From: an uncultured Chloroflexia bacterium
Lineage (GTDB): Bacteria; Chloroflexota; Limnocylindria; Limnocylindrales; CSP1-4
Direction of reading: 5' to 3'
NCBI GenBank assembly: GCA_963728635.1
Contig: CAVSKR010000002.1
Span: 365,053 to 429,052, forward strand
Length of the DNA: 64,000 nucleotides
Below the pieces are notes generated by a model. It made no database searches, had not been told where the DNA came from, and saw nothing but the letters and a program-made list of their open reading frames with translations. Shown piece by piece: positions 1 through 11,595 of the stretch. The stretch's first letter is position 1; each line of letters starts with the position of its first letter. The translations under genes were made by a program, and so were the position numbers.

Positions 1-2
1 AT

Positions 3-1622
3 GGGCCGTTCCGCTACGCCGATCTGCGCTTCGACGCGGGGAGGCGTCGCTTCATCGCGATCCGCGAGGACCATTCTGGCGACGGCGAGCCGAAGGCCGC
101 GATCGTCGACGTGCCCCTCGACGGGGAGCGTGCTCCCCGGATCCTCTACGACGGCCCCGATTTCCTGGCCGCCCCACGGCTGTCGCCCGACGGGACGCGC
201 CTCGCCTGGCTCGAGTGGGACCACCCGGACATGCCGTGGGACGCCACGCGGCTCCGCGTCGCGCCGGTCGGGGAGGACGGATCCCTCGGTGCGAGCGACC
301 TCGCGGCCGGCGGCATCGACGAGTCGATCGCGCAACCTGAATGGTCGCCCGAGGGGGTCCTCCATTTCGTCAGCGACCGGACGGGCTGGTGGAACCTGTA
401 CCGGCTCTCCGACGGGCCGCGGCTCGAGCCGCTCGCACCGCTCGAGGCGGAGTTCGCGGACCCGGCCTGGGTGTTCGACCGCTCGTCATACGGGTTCCTG
501 CCCGACGGCTCGATCGCAGCGGTGGGCCGGGCGCGAGGGCGCGACCGGCTCTTCCACATATCGCCGAACAACCTGATCGGCGAGGTCAATTCGCCGTACA
601 CGGATGTCGGGACGGTCCGCGTCGGGGCGGCCGGGGTGGTCGCCAACGTGGGCACGCCGACCGAGCCACCGATGATCGTTGCGCTCGACCCGTCCACGCT
701 CGCGACGTCCGGGGTGCTGCGCCACGCGACCTCGATCGCGATCGATCCCGCGTACATCTCAGTCCCGGAGCCGATCACGTTCCCGACCGCCGAGGGTCGC
801 ATGGCGCACGCGCTGTTCTACCGGCCGGTCAATCCGGATGCCGCGGCCCCCGACGGGGAGCTGCCGCCGCTGGTCGTCCGGTCGCATGGCGGGCCGACGG
901 CGAATGCGACGAACGCGCTCGAGCTCACGTATCAGTACCTCACGTCGCGCGGCATCGCCGTGGTGGACGTCGACTACGGAGGCAGCACCGGGTACGGCCG
1001 CGAGTACCGCCAGGCTCTCGAGGGCGGCTGGGGCGTCGTCGATGTCGACGACTGCATCGGCGCCGCGCGCTACCTGGTCGACCGCGGTGATGTCGACGGC
1101 GACCGCCTGGCCATCGAGGGCGGCAGCGCCGGCGGGTACACGACGCTCGCCGCGCTCGCGTTCCGCGACGTGTTCGCCGCGGGCATCAGCCTCTTCGGCA
1201 TCGGTGACCTCGAGATGCTGACGCGCCAAACCCACAAGTTCGAATCGCGTTACATGGATCGCCTGGTCGGTCCCTATCCGGCGATGGCCGATCGGTACCG
1301 CGACCGCTCGCCGATCCACTACCTCGACGCGATCTCCTGCCCCGTGCTGATCCTGCAGGGCCTCGACGACAAGGTCGTCCCGCCCGCGCAGGCCGAGGCT
1401 CTGGCGGCGGCCCTGGCGGCGAAGGGCATCCCGCACGCCTACCTCGCGTTCGAGGGCGAAGGGCACGGGTTCCGCGGCGAGGTCGCGCAGCGGCGGACGC
1501 TGGAGGCACGCCTGGCGTTCCTCGGCGCCGTGTTCGGGTTCACGCCCGCCGACCGCCTCGCACCCCTCGATCTGCCGGGCATCCAGACCTGGCGGGAGCA
1601 CCGCGCGGTCGCCGTCGGCTGA
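3..1622 (+). CDS. S9 family prolyl oligopeptidase / acylaminoacyl peptidase (5' truncated)
   Basis: Frame open from position 3 ([11 protein letters not shown]...); PD40-like propeller repeats, HGGP, nucleophile GGSAGG, LQGLDD, EGHGF triad motifs. Confidence 0.9.
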   Translation, partial: GPFRYADLRFDAGRRRFIAIREDHSGDGEPKAAIVDVPLDGERAPRILYDGPDFLAAPRLSPDGTRLAWLEWDHPDMPWDATRLRVAPVGEDGSLGASDLAAGGIDESIAQPEWSPEGVLHFVSDRTGWWNLYRLSDGPRLEPLAPLEAEFADPAWVFDRSSYGFLPDGSIAAVGRARGRDRLFHISPNNLIGEVNSPYTDVGTVRVGAAGVVANVGTPTEPPMIVALDPSTLATSGVLRHATSIAIDPAYISVPEPITFPTAEGRMAHALFYRPVNPDAAAPDGELPPLVVRSHGGPTANATNALELTYQYLTSRGIAVVDVDYGGSTGYGREYRQALEGGWGVVDVDDCIGAARYLVDRGDVDGDRLAIEGGSAGGYTTLAALAFRDVFAAGISLFGIGDLEMLTRQTHKFESRYMDRLVGPYPAMADRYRDRSPIHYLDAISCPVLILQGLDDKVVPPAQAEALAAALAAKGIPHAYLAFEGEGHGFRGEVAQRRTLEARLAFLGAVFGFTPADRLAPLDLPGIQTWREHRAVAVG

Positions 1623-1660
1623 GCCGGGCCGCTCCGGCCGAGGTGCTACCCTTCGCCGCG

Positions 1661-2887
1661 ATGAGCATCGTCGACGCCGCGCAATACCTGTTCACCTCCG
1701 AGTCCGTCACGGAGGGTCACCCTGACAAGATGTGCGACCAGGTCTCCGACGCGATCCTGGACGCGATCCTGCGGGAGGATCCCGACGCCCGAGTGGCGTG
1801 CGAGACGGCCACGACGACGGGCCTCGTGCTGGTCCTCGGTGAGATCACGACGCACACGTATATCGACTTCCAGGGGATCGTCCGCGACACCGTCCGAGAC
1901 ATCGGCTACACGCGCGCCGACTACGGCTTCGACTATCAGACGTGCGGCACGCTCGTGTCGGTCAAGGGGCAGTCACCGGACATCGCGCAGGGCGTGGATG
2001 CCGCCCTCGAGGTGCGCGACGACGCTGCCCCGGCATTCGAGCTGGGCGCCGGCGACCAGGGGATGATGTTCGGCTTCGCCTGCCGCGAGACTCCCGAGCT
2101 GATGCCGCTCCCGATCGCGCTCGCGCATCGGATGGCCCGCCGCCTTGCCGAGGTGCGCAAGTCGGGCCAGCTGCCGTATCTCCGACCGGACGGCAAGACC
2201 CAGGTCACCGTGGAGTACGAGCACGGCGCGCCGGTTCGCGTCAAGACCGTCGTCGTGTCCGCCCAGCATGACCCTGACGTCCGGCCCGAGCGGCTTCGTT
2301 CCGACATCGTCGACACGGTCATCCTGCCGACGATCCCGAGCGAGCTGCGCGAGGCGGATCCGGTGATGCACGTGAACCCGACGGGGCGGTTCGTGACCGG
2401 CGGGCCGATGGGCGATGCCGGGCTCACCGGTCGCAAGATCATCGTCGACTCATACGGCGGGATGGCGCGCCACGGTGGCGGCGCATTCTCCGGCAAGGAT
2501 CCGACGAAGGTCGACCGGTCGGCCGCGTATGCCGCACGGTGGGTTGCCAAGAACGTGGTCGCGGCGGGCCTCGCCGACCGCTTCGAGGTCGAGGTCGCCT
2601 ACGGGATCGGCATCGCCCGGCCGATCAGCTTCACCGTCAATTCGTTCGGCACCGGGCGGATCGACGATGCCGCGATCCAGACGCTCATCGAGCGCCATTT
2701 CGACCTGCGACCGGCGTCGATCATCGCCGCCCTCGACCTGCGCCGGCCGATCTACCGCCAGACGGCGGCGTACGGCCACTTCGGCCGGCCCGACCTGGAC
2801 CTGCCCTGGGAGCGCATCGACAAGGCCGCGCTGCTTGCCTCGGATGCGGGCCTGCCGGAGCCCGAGCCGATCTCCGTTACGGCCTAG
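1661..2887 (+). CDS. metK: S-adenosylmethionine synthetase
   Basis: [39 protein letters not shown] motifs; ATG 1661 follows TGcTACCCT -10-like box. Confidence 0.98.
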   Translation: MSIVDAAQYLFTSESVTEGHPDKMCDQVSDAILDAILREDPDARVACETATTTGLVLVLGEITTHTYIDFQGIVRDTVRDIGYTRADYGFDYQTCGTLVSVKGQSPDIAQGVDAALEVRDDAAPAFELGAGDQGMMFGFACRETPELMPLPIALAHRMARRLAEVRKSGQLPYLRPDGKTQVTVEYEHGAPVRVKTVVVSAQHDPDVRPERLRSDIVDTVILPTIPSELREADPVMHVNPTGRFVTGGPMGDAGLTGRKIIVDSYGGMARHGGGAFSGKDPTKVDRSAAYAARWVAKNVVAAGLADRFEVEVAYGIGIARPISFTVNSFGTGRIDDAAIQTLIERHFDLRPASIIAALDLRRPIYRQTAAYGHFGRPDLDLPWERIDKAALLASDAGLPEPEPISVTA

Positions 2888-3850
2888 GCTCTCCGCCGGC
2901 GTTCTCCGCGACGATCCCCGCCACGCCGCCGACCTGACCGCGACGCGCCCGAGCGGCGGGCGCCTGCGCGACAGCAGCACCTGGCCGACGAGCAGGATCG
3001 AGAGCGTGATCAGCAGCATCATCGCCGCGACCGCATTCGTTGCTGGCGTGACACCGAGCCGGACCTGGCCGAAGACGAACAGCGGCAGCGTCGACGTACC
3101 CTGGCCGTACACGAACGTCGAGATCAGGTAGTCATCGAAGCGAACGTGAAGGCGAGCAGGAAGCCGGCGACGATGGCCGGCAGCAGCTGCGGGAAGGTGA
3201 TCTGCCAGAAGGTCCGCCACGGCGTCGCGAACAGGTCGTAGCTCGCCTCGACGTGGGTGCGGTCCATGCCGGACAGCCGGGCGCGGACGAGCAGCAGCAC
3301 GAGGCTCGATGTTGAACAGGACAGCGCGCCGATGATCGTGTGGAGGCCGAACCCGATCTCGATCCCGGTGGCACTGGTGTATGATCCCGTCGACGCCCGA
3401 TGGTGCTGCGAAGAGCACGAGCGTGGCGATCGCGATGACGAGCTCGGGCACGATGATGCTCACGTAGGTCAGCGCATCGAAGCGCAGGCGGAACCACTTG
3501 GATGCCCGTTGCAAGCCGAGCGCCGCCATCGTCCCGAACGACCGTCGCGAGGACGGCGTTGCGGAACCGCGACGATGAAGCTGTTGACCGAGGCGCTGCT
3601 GCACGGTCCGGTCGTTCAGCGACGAACTCGTACCAGCTGCAGGCAGAACCCGTCCCAGATCCGTCAACCGCCGCTCGGTGTCGTTGAAGCTGAAGACGAC
3701 GACGATCACGATCGGCAGGTAGAGGAACAGGTAGACGAGCAGCGTGTGGCCGCGGAGCCACGCCTCGATCAGGCCGGCCGAACGGTCGATCCGCGGGAGC
3801 CTACGCGTCGCCCAGCCAGAGTGCGGGCGCGGGGATCGCGGAGCGGTCAT
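2877..3850 (-). CDS. potC: Polyamine ABC permease, PotC-like (several frameshifts; ends approximate)
   Basis: Fragments [60 protein letters not shown] spread over different frames. Confidence 0.8.
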
Positions 3851-3857
3851 GGGGCCG

Positions 3858-4769
3858 TCACAGGACGCTGACGTCACGCGATCTGCCGCCCGCGGTTCGT
3901 CAACCACAGGTACGCGCTGACGTTGATGAACATCACGAGCGATCAGCCCGACCGCCTGGGCGGAGCCCGCGGGCCAGTTGCGGGACGTCGAGGAATCGGA
4001 GGACCAGGGCATTCCCGATGAGGAAGACCCGGCCATAGCCCGAGGATCTGCGGGATGACGTACTCGCCCATCATCGGGATGAAGACGAGGATGCTGCCGG
4101 TGATGAGGCCGGGCAGAGCGATCGGCAACGTGACCTGTCGGAACGTCGCCAGCGTCCGGCACCGAGGTCCTTGGAGGCTTCGACGAGCGTGCGGTCCATG
4201 CGCTCGAGCGTCACGTAGAGCGGAAAGACCATCAGCGGCAGGTAGCCGTAGACGAGGCCGATGCAGCACGCCGGCGCGGAGTGCCGAGGATCCGGAAGCC
4301 CGATCGCCGATGAGTATCGCCGATGAAGCCGCCGAGCCCCTCCGGGCCCAGGATGATGAGCCAGGCGTACGTCCGGATGAGGAAGCTCGTCCAGAACGGG
4401 ATGACGAGCAGGAGGATGAGCAGGCCTTGCGCTTCCCCGCCACGCGTCGCGATGAAGTACGCGAGCGGCAGACGCGACGAGCAGGCAGAGGAGCGTGCCG
4501 ATGACGGCCAGCGTCAGGCTGGTGATGAACGGGTCGGACTCCGGATGATGCTCGCGTAGTTGTCGAGCGTGAAACCCGGCCGCGTAGCCGCCGTTCGGAC
4601 CGCGACTCCCGAACGAAAAGAGCATGACGATCGACGATCGGCGCGACGAGCAGGATCGGGTACCACAGCGCCGCCGGCAGCAGCAGGGCGGTCGTCAGGA
4701 GACGACCACCCTCGCGTGGTGCGCCGACTCGGCGCTGCGCAGCGGTGCCGCGGGCGCTGCCGTGGTCAT
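3858..4769 (-). CDS. potB: Polyamine ABC permease, PotB-like (frameshifted; ends approximate)
   Basis: Fragments YGYLPLMVFPLYVTLERMDRTLVEASKDLGA, VTLPIALPGLITGSILVFIPMMGEYVIPQILG. Confidence 0.8.
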
Positions 4770-4788
4770 CGTGTCGAGGCGCCTGGGC

Positions 4789-6014
4789 TCAGCCGCCGAT
4801 GTTGGACGCTGAATTCCTCCCAGATGTCGATGCGCTGCGGGACGCCCGAGTCATCCAGGCGCCCTCGAGGCTTCGCCACGATCGTCCTCGCGGCGGGAAA
4901 ACGGCCGGGTCGTTCTGGACGTCTCCGGGAGACAGCTCCTTGGCCTCGTCGTTGGCCGTCGCGTAGCCGTTCGATCTCGGTCTCCTCGGCCTGGATCGCT
5001 GGCTCGTGGATGAAGTTCAGCCAGGCGTAGGCCGGCGTTCGGATGCGGCGCGTCGGTGAGCATGACCCACATGTCCATCCAGTAGAGCGTCGCCTTCCTC
5101 GGGGATCCGATGTACTCGATCGTCGCCGTCTCGGCGTTCGCGCAGGTCGACGAGCGGGCCCGGTCCAGCCGAGGACCAAGGACGGCCTCCTCCGTGGCGA
5201 GCTTGTCGCCGTAGTTGTCGGAGTCGAGCGCGAGGAGGTGGGGGCGAGCCCAGCAGGAGTTGCCTGCCTCCTCGAGCTCGGTCGGGTCGGTCGAGTTCAG
5301 CGAGTAGCCGAGCACCTTGAGCGGGACGGCAAGACGTCGCCCGTCGAGTCGACGAAGACGACCTTGCCGGAGTACTTGCCCGGGGCGACCTCGAAGAACT
5401 GCTTCCACGACGTGACCGTCTTCGGTCACGAGCTTCTTGCGGACGGCGATCCCGGTCGTGCCCCAGTCCTTGGGGACGTGGTAGTCGTTGTTCGGGTCCC
5501 ATCGGACCGTGGTTCTTGAACGCCGGCGTTGATGAACGCCGCGTTCGGGATGCGCGAAGGTCGCAGCTCGACGATGTAGCCCTGCCCGCCATCACCTGGA
5601 CGTATTCGGCCGTCGGCGCAAGCGATGTCGTAGCCCGGATCGCCCCGCCATGGAGCTTCGCCAGCAGCTCCTCGTTGCTCGCGAAGATGTCGTATGTCAG
5701 TCGCGATGTTGTAGCGAGCCTTGAACTCCTCGATGTTCTCGAGCGTCGACATACTCGGCCCAGTTGTACATGAGGAGCGCGCCTTCGAGTCGCGTAGAGC
5801 TGCGCGGCGGCGCTCAGGGGCCGCGCTGCCGACGGTGCGAGATGGGCGCGCCGCTGGCGGCGGCCGACGGCGCAACGCTGGCCACCCGGCGAACTGCACG
5901 CCGCCAGTGCGGCGCTGCGCCGATAGCGGGCGCTGCCGCTAGGAAGCTGCGGCGGCTGACTTGGTGGTCGGGAGCCTCGCCGAAGGATCTCGTTCGAGAT
6001 CCTGTGTCTGCCAC
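4789..6014 (-). CDS. potD: Polyamine ABC substrate-binding protein, PotD-like (frameshifted)
   Basis: GTG 6014 after GAGGAGGA SD; Tat-like SRRSFLAAA; fragments YNWAEY, YDIFASNEELLAKL, PKDWGTTGI, YWMDMWV, AYAWLNFIHEP. Confidence 0.8.
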
Positions 6015-6062
6015 GTCGCTCTCCTCCTCTTCGCCGGTCGTGCCGGCGCGACCTGTCGACCC

Positions 6063-7280
6063 TCATCCGGCGAGGATGAGGTTCGCCTCCTCCTGCCACC
6101 GGACGACCACGGGGTCACCCGGACCGACCCCCGGAGCGCCCCCGGCGCCCGCTGCGTTCTGATGCCGGACGATGACCTCGCCGGCCTCCTCCGTCTGCGA
6201 TCCGATACTCCGTCTGGTCCCCGAGGTAGGTCCCCTGCTGGACCCTGCCGAGCACCTGCGTCATGCCCGGGAACGGCGGCCCCCGCGACATCGCCCGGGA
6301 CGACCTCGAGGCGCTCGGGCCGGGTCGCGACGACGACGACATCCCCCGCGGTCGGTCGCGCGTCGGGGTCCGTCACGCGCGCCACGCAGGGACATCCCGC
6401 GATCGGTGCGTACGATGACCCGCCCATCGCCGTCATCCTCGACGACGGTGGCGTCCATGAAGTTCGAGGTCCCGATGAAGTCCGCCACGAAGCGGTTGAC
6501 CGGCCGCTCGTAGAGGATGGTCGGGTTGCCCTTCTGCTGCACCACACCGTCACGCATCACGACGATGACGTCGCTCATCGTCAGCGCCTCTTCCTGGTCA
6601 TGGGTCACGTACACGAACGTGATCCCGACCTCGCGCTGGAGATCCTTGAGCTCGAGCTGCATCTCCTTGCGGAGCTTCAGGTCGAGAGCGCCGAGGGGCT
6701 CGTCGAGCAAGAGCACGGTCGGCCGGTTGACCAGTGCCCGCGCGAGGGCGACGCGCTGCTGCTGGCCACCGGACATCTCCCACGTGCGGCGCTTGCCGTA
6801 GCCGGTGAGGCGGACGAGCTCGAGCGCCTCCGCGACGCGTCGGTCCTCCTCCTTCTTGTCGACCTTGCGCTGCCGGAGGCCGTAGCCCACGTTCTGGTTG
6901 ACGTCCATGTGCGGGAACAGCGCGTAGTGCTGGAAGACCGTGTTCACGTTGCGCTGGTACGGAGGGACGCCCGCGATGGGTTGCCCGGCGAGGAAGATCT
7001 CACCCTCGGTCGGCTGCTCGAAGCCCGCGATCATCCGGAGCGTGGTCGTCTTGCCGCAGCCCGACGGCCCGAGCAGGGAGTAGAACTCTCCGCGCTCGAT
7101 CGAGAGGTCCATGCCGTCGACGGCCGTGACGGCGTCGAATCGCTTGGTGACTCGCTGGATCTGGACGTCTGGGGCGTCCGCCGCGCGGGAGCTGTGCGGC
7201 TCGACGGTGGAACCGTCAGGCCGGGCGTCGATCGTCGGGGAAGCGGTCAACGGCGGTCCTCGCGCGATGGTGCCGGGCAT
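6063..7280 (-). CDS. potA: Polyamine ABC ATP-binding protein, PotA-like (frameshift in C-terminal part)
   Basis: [47 protein letters not shown]; TOBE-like tail ending [14 protein letters not shown]-stop. Confidence 0.9.
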
Positions 7281-7407
7281 CGAGCATCGGTGACTGTAGC
7301 GCTGCTACAGGCCCCCGCATCCTAGGGGCGATGCCCGTCCTCGTCAACGCGTCCGTCGTACGAATTCTCGCAGCCGTCGACGCTTGCGGCGTGCTGTCAT
7401 CGTGGCA

Positions 7408-7428
7408 TCCTGAACCTATACTTCAGGA
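7408..7428. promoter_or_regulatory. Perfect inverted repeat TCCTGAA-N7-TTCAGGA around a TATACT -10 box; candidate operator
   Basis: Read directly from sequence; lies between divergent potA and XRE-cupin regulator. Confidence 0.6.
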
Positions 7429-7465
7429 ACCCGAAGTCGAGCGGACGCAGCAGAGGACGCCAGCA

Positions 7466-8020
7466 TTGGTCACGGAGCTGCAACTCGGGTCCCGGATCCG
7501 GACACTGCGGCAGGCTCGCGGGCTGACCCTTCGCGACGTTTCCGAGCGCGCCGGTGTCACGGAAAGCTTCCTCTCGCAGGTCGAGCGTGACGTGACCAGC
7601 CCGTCGATCGCGACCGTCCAGCGGATCGCCCGCGCTCTCGACCTGTCCATCGCGCAGCTCTTCGCGCACGATGCCGACACCGGGCGCGTCGTCCGCCGCG
7701 AAGCGCGCCGTCGGGTGGAGTACCCGGGCCTCAAGGCCGTCGACGAATTCCTGACGTCGAACCTGGCGGGCCGGCTCCAGGTGATCATGTCGACGATCGA
7801 AGCCGGTGGCGGCACCGGCGCAGACCCCTATACGCATGAGTCGGACGAGGAGACCGTCATCGTCCTGACCGGTGTCCTCGACCTGTGGGTCGGCGACGAG
7901 CATTACATCCTGCGCGAAGGCGACGCGATCACGTTCCCGTCGCGCGTCCCGCATTGGAATGCCAACACCGGCAGCGACCCGGCGACGGTCCTGTTCTGCA
8001 TGACGCCGCCGAGCTTCTGA
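7466..8020 (+). CDS. XRE-family HTH plus cupin transcriptional regulator (PuuR-like)
   Basis: LGSRIRTLRQARGLTLRDVSERAGVTESFLSQVER HTH; cupin HESDEE...GDAITFPSRVPH; TTG 7466 after GAGGA. Confidence 0.9.
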   Translation: MVTELQLGSRIRTLRQARGLTLRDVSERAGVTESFLSQVERDVTSPSIATVQRIARALDLSIAQLFAHDADTGRVVRREARRRVEYPGLKAVDEFLTSNLAGRLQVIMSTIEAGGGTGADPYTHESDEETVIVLTGVLDLWVGDEHYILREGDAITFPSRVPHWNANTGSDPATVLFCMTPPSF

Positions 8021-8101
8021 CGCCGGTCCGGTGCCAGGCGGCACCGGGCTGGGACCATCGGGTCGGCACATGGGGTGGCGCGCGGACGGTAGGCTTATGC
8101 C

Positions 8102-8989
8102 ATGGCTCCACGTCTGGCGATGCGCCCGCGCGCCCACCGCTTGCTGCTCGCGGGTACCCTCGGCGTCGCGGTCCTCGGGGCGATGCCGTGGTCCGTGGCG
8201 GCCGACGAGTCGCCCCCGCCGGAGTCCTCGGCGGAGCCGTCGGCGACGACCGAACCGACCCCCAGCCCGACTGCTCCCCCCGAACCGGCTCCTGAACCCG
8301 CCGCGGCGCCCGAGCCGACCACGGCTCCGGCGTCCGACCCGACGCACACGCCGTCCCCGGACGCGACTCCGACGCCGACTCCGACCGCGACGCCGACTCC
8401 GTCATCGCCCACCTATGCGCTGGCCAGCATCAACCTGTATCGGTCGACGGCGATGGTCCGTCAGTACACGAGCTACTACTGCGTGCCGGCAACGGTCCAA
8501 TCCATGGCCAACCTGGTCCTGCGGACGAGCAACCGGACCTACTCGCGGCAGGGCTACATCTACAGGCTCACCCGCCAGCACAACCGCTATCGATATGCCA
8601 CCAGAGGCAATGACCCCCAGGGCTGGGCGTGGTCCCTGCGCTACTTCACGGGCGGCCGGAACTACCAGGCGCGCGCGTACTCCGACAAGACCGCCGCGAT
8701 CAACTCGATCGCCGCCTCCATCGCCAGGACGAGGCACCCCGTCGGCGTCACCGTCCACGCGGGCACGCACGCCTGGGTGGTGCTCGGGTACAAGCAGACC
8801 TGGGACCGGAACGAGCCGTCGAAGAAAACCCTTCTCGGGCTTTACGTGAGTGGTCCGCTGGGCACGACGCGGGATCGCTGGCCATACAAATACCTCACCG
8901 TCGCCCAGTTCCGCGAGGTCTTCACGCGCTATCACGAGTGGCAGCGAGCCGTGCCCTGGGAAGGCAAGTGGGTGGTCGTCGCCCAGTGA
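8102..8989 (+). CDS. Secreted Pro-rich protein with papain-like C39-type peptidase domain
   Basis: Signal peptide ending AVAA, Pro/Thr linker, QYTSYYCVPATVQ and HAWVVLGY motifs. Confidence 0.65.
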   Translation: MAPRLAMRPRAHRLLLAGTLGVAVLGAMPWSVAADESPPPESSAEPSATTEPTPSPTAPPEPAPEPAAAPEPTTAPASDPTHTPSPDATPTPTPTATPTPSSPTYALASINLYRSTAMVRQYTSYYCVPATVQSMANLVLRTSNRTYSRQGYIYRLTRQHNRYRYATRGNDPQGWAWSLRYFTGGRNYQARAYSDKTAAINSIAASIARTRHPVGVTVHAGTHAWVVLGYKQTWDRNEPSKKTLLGLYVSGPLGTTRDRWPYKYLTVAQFREVFTRYHEWQRAVPWEGKWVVVAQ

Positions 8990-9045
8990 CCTGACGGCGG
9001 ACGCCCGGCCTGTCGCCGATCGGGCGGCGCTACGATGATCCGCGC

Positions 9046-10113
9046 ATGTATGCAGTGATCATGGCCGGCGGCGGCGGGACCCGGCTCCACCCGCTGAGTC
9101 GCCCCGAACGCCCCAAGCCGTTCCTGCCCCTCGTCGGCGACGAGACCCTCCTCCAGGCGACAGACCGGCGCCTCCGCACGATGACCGACGACATCACGGT
9201 CGTCACCGACCGGCGCTACGAACGGCTCGTGCGCGACCAGGTGCCCGACGCCGCCCTCCTGCTCGAGCCCATGGGCCGCAACACCGCCGCGGCGATCACC
9301 CTGGCGACCGCAGGGATCGATCGCCCTGCGGACGAGGTCATGCTCGTGATCCCCGCCGATGCGCACATCGATCCCGCACGGGAGGGCATCTACCAGGACG
9401 TGCTCCGATCGGCCGCCGACCACCTGGCCACGGGCGTTTTCGGCATCGAGGATCCGCTCGTCACGCTCGGGACCCAGGTGACCAGACCGGCGACCGAGTA
9501 CGGCTACCTGCTGCCGAAGCTCGCCGAGCGCGCGGAGATCGGCGGCCTCGACAGCTATCCGCTCAGCGCATTCGAGGAGAAGCCCAAGCCGGCGCGTGCC
9601 GAGGACCTGTTCGAGCGCGTGCCGGGTGCGGCCTGGAACGCCGGGATGTTCCTCTGGCGACGTCGCGCGATCAGGGCGGCCCTCCTTCGCTACACCGGTC
9701 TCGTCCAGTCGCTCGAGCCGATGGCGGGGGCGCCTCAGCTTCTGGAGAAGGCCTACGAGGCGATCCAGCAACCGCTCTCGATCGACCATGCGGTCATGGA
9801 GGGAGCCGCGCGCAACGGTCAGGTCGTCATGGCGTCGATGGACGTGGGCTGGTCGGACCTGGGCTCTTGGACCGCCCTGCTGGCCGCCAACGGAGCGCGC
9901 GGCGAGGGCGCAGTCGTGCAGCCAGGGGAGACCGTCTCGGTCGAGGGGGACGATCTCATCGTCCGCCGGATCGCCGGGAAGCTGGGCGTCATCGCGCCAC
10001 TCGAGCGGGGTAGCATGACTGCGGCACAACCGATCGCCGTGCTGCGCGGGTCGGCGCCCGACATCGACATCGTCAATGCGCTCATCGACCGCTGCGCGCA
10101 GGCTGGAGGCTGA
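9046..10113 (+). CDS. manC: Mannose-1-phosphate guanylyltransferase (no cupin domain)
   Basis: MAGGGGTRLHPLSR..PKPF, EPMGRNTAAA, FEEKP, WNAGMF, SIDHAVME, GWSDLGSW. Confidence 0.9.
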   Translation: MYAVIMAGGGGTRLHPLSRPERPKPFLPLVGDETLLQATDRRLRTMTDDITVVTDRRYERLVRDQVPDAALLLEPMGRNTAAAITLATAGIDRPADEVMLVIPADAHIDPAREGIYQDVLRSAADHLATGVFGIEDPLVTLGTQVTRPATEYGYLLPKLAERAEIGGLDSYPLSAFEEKPKPARAEDLFERVPGAAWNAGMFLWRRRAIRAALLRYTGLVQSLEPMAGAPQLLEKAYEAIQQPLSIDHAVMEGAARNGQVVMASMDVGWSDLGSWTALLAANGARGEGAVVQPGETVSVEGDDLIVRRIAGKLGVIAPLERGSMTAAQPIAVLRGSAPDIDIVNALIDRCAQAGG

Positions 10114-11595
10114 GTGTCCACGACCGCCGGCGCGTCCGCTCCGACCTCGATCGTCTTCGGGACGGACGGCTGGCGGGCCCGCATCGCCGACGAGTTCACC
10201 TTCGACAACGTCCGTCGCTGTGCGGACGGGGTCGCCCAGTACGTAGCCGAGCAGGGGGCCAGCGCCAAGGGCGTGGTCGTGGCGTTCGACCGGCGGTTCG
10301 CCTCGGAGCACTTCGCGGAGGCGGCAGCCGAGGTCCTCCTCGCCCACGACATCCCGGTCGTCATCGCCGCCCACGCCGTGCCGACGCAGATGAGCTCGTT
10401 CGAGGTGGTCATGCGTGGGGCGGCTGCGGGCATCGTCATCACCGCCAGCCACAACCCCTGGGTCGACAACGGCTTCAAGGTCAAGGCGCCGACCGGCGCC
10501 GCAGCCGGCGCCGAGATCCTGGGCGTCATCGAGGCACGGTTGGCGGTCAATGGCGGGCAGCCCATCGATCGCCGGCCCCTTGCCGACGCGGAGAGTGCGG
10601 GTCTCGTCGAGCGATTCGATCCGTACGAGGGTTACGAGCAGTTCGTGCGGCGGACCGTCGATCTCGACGCGCTCCGCGCGGCGGACGTGTCGGTATTGGT
10701 CGATCCGCTGTACGGCGTCGGCGCGGGCTGGATCAGCCGGTTGCTGGGCGGCGGTCGCATCCGGATCCGCGAGATCCACCAGGAACGCAATCCGTACTTC
10801 GGTGGCCTCAACCCCGAGCCGATCCGCCCGAACATCGACGAGGCGCTGCGGCTCACGGTCGAGGGTGGTCACGACCTGGCGCTCCTGCTCGACGGCGATG
10901 CGGACCGGGCGGGCGCGGCGGATGAGAAGGGCACCTTCATCCACCAGCTCCAGGTCACGGGCCTGCTGATGTACTACCTCGCCGAGCACCGCGAATGGCG
11001 CGATCCGGTGGTCGTCAGCGTCAACAACACGTCGATGGCTGCCCGGCTCGGCGGGCGCTTTGGCATCGCCACGTACGAAACGCCGGTCGGGTTCAAGTTC
11101 ATCGGCCCGAAGATGATCGAGACCGGCGCAATGATGGGCGCCGAAGAGTCGGGCGGGTTCGGGTTCGGCATGCACCTCCCGGAGCGAGACGGGATCTATG
11201 CTGACCTTCTGCTGCTCGACCTGTTCCTGCGCGAGAAGGCGGCCGGCCGCTGGCCCGTGTCGCGCGTGCTGGAGCATTTCCATTCGATCGCCGGCCCGTC
11301 GTTCTATCGCCGCACCGACGTCCATGTCGCCCGCGCGGACTACCCCGAGGTCAAGCGCCGTCTGCTGGTCGACCTCGCGGCGCAGGGTCCTGCCGAGCTG
11401 GCGGGGCAACCGGTCGCGCACACCGTCGCGCTCGAGACCGGCGATGGGTCGAAGTTCTTCCTCGACGATGGCTCCTGGCTGCTGATCCGCGCATCGGGCA
11501 CGGAGCCACTCGTCCGCGTGTATACCGAGGCGACCTCGGCCGACGCGCGCGACGCGATGCTCGCGGCCGGCGAGCGCCTGGTCCGCGGCTCGTGA
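10114..11595 (+). CDS. Phosphoglucomutase/phosphomannomutase family protein
   Basis: FGTDGWR, TASHNP, DGDADR, GAEESGG, RASGTEP. Confidence 0.95.
   Translation: MSTTAGASAPTSIVFGTDGWRARIADEFTFDNVRRCADGVAQYVAEQGASAKGVVVAFDRRFASEHFAEAAAEVLLAHDIPVVIAAHAVPTQMSSFEVVMRGAAAGIVITASHNPWVDNGFKVKAPTGAAAGAEILGVIEARLAVNGGQPIDRRPLADAESAGLVERFDPYEGYEQFVRRTVDLDALRAADVSVLVDPLYGVGAGWISRLLGGGRIRIREIHQERNPYFGGLNPEPIRPNIDEALRLTVEGGHDLALLLDGDADRAGAADEKGTFIHQLQVTGLLMYYLAEHREWRDPVVVSVNNTSMAARLGGRFGIATYETPVGFKFIGPKMIETGAMMGAEESGGFGFGMHLPERDGIYADLLLLDLFLREKAAGRWPVSRVLEHFHSIAGPSFYRRTDVHVARADYPEVKRRLLVDLAAQGPAELAGQPVAHTVALETGDGSKFFLDDGSWLLIRASGTEPLVRVYTEATSADARDAMLAAGERLVRGS

Noticed and set aside
2877-6300. Polyamine ABC operon as pseudogenes or programmed frameshifting
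   Set aside because: Many small indels across four adjacent genes with well-preserved residues and no slippery-site pattern; typical of low-coverage long-read error.
8932-11421. Long antisense and alternative-frame ORFs (also 2450-4162, 38061-40505, 59659-61569, 24420-25940)
   Set aside because: Shadow ORFs of real genes in high-GC DNA; Arg/Pro/Gly-rich with no family motifs.
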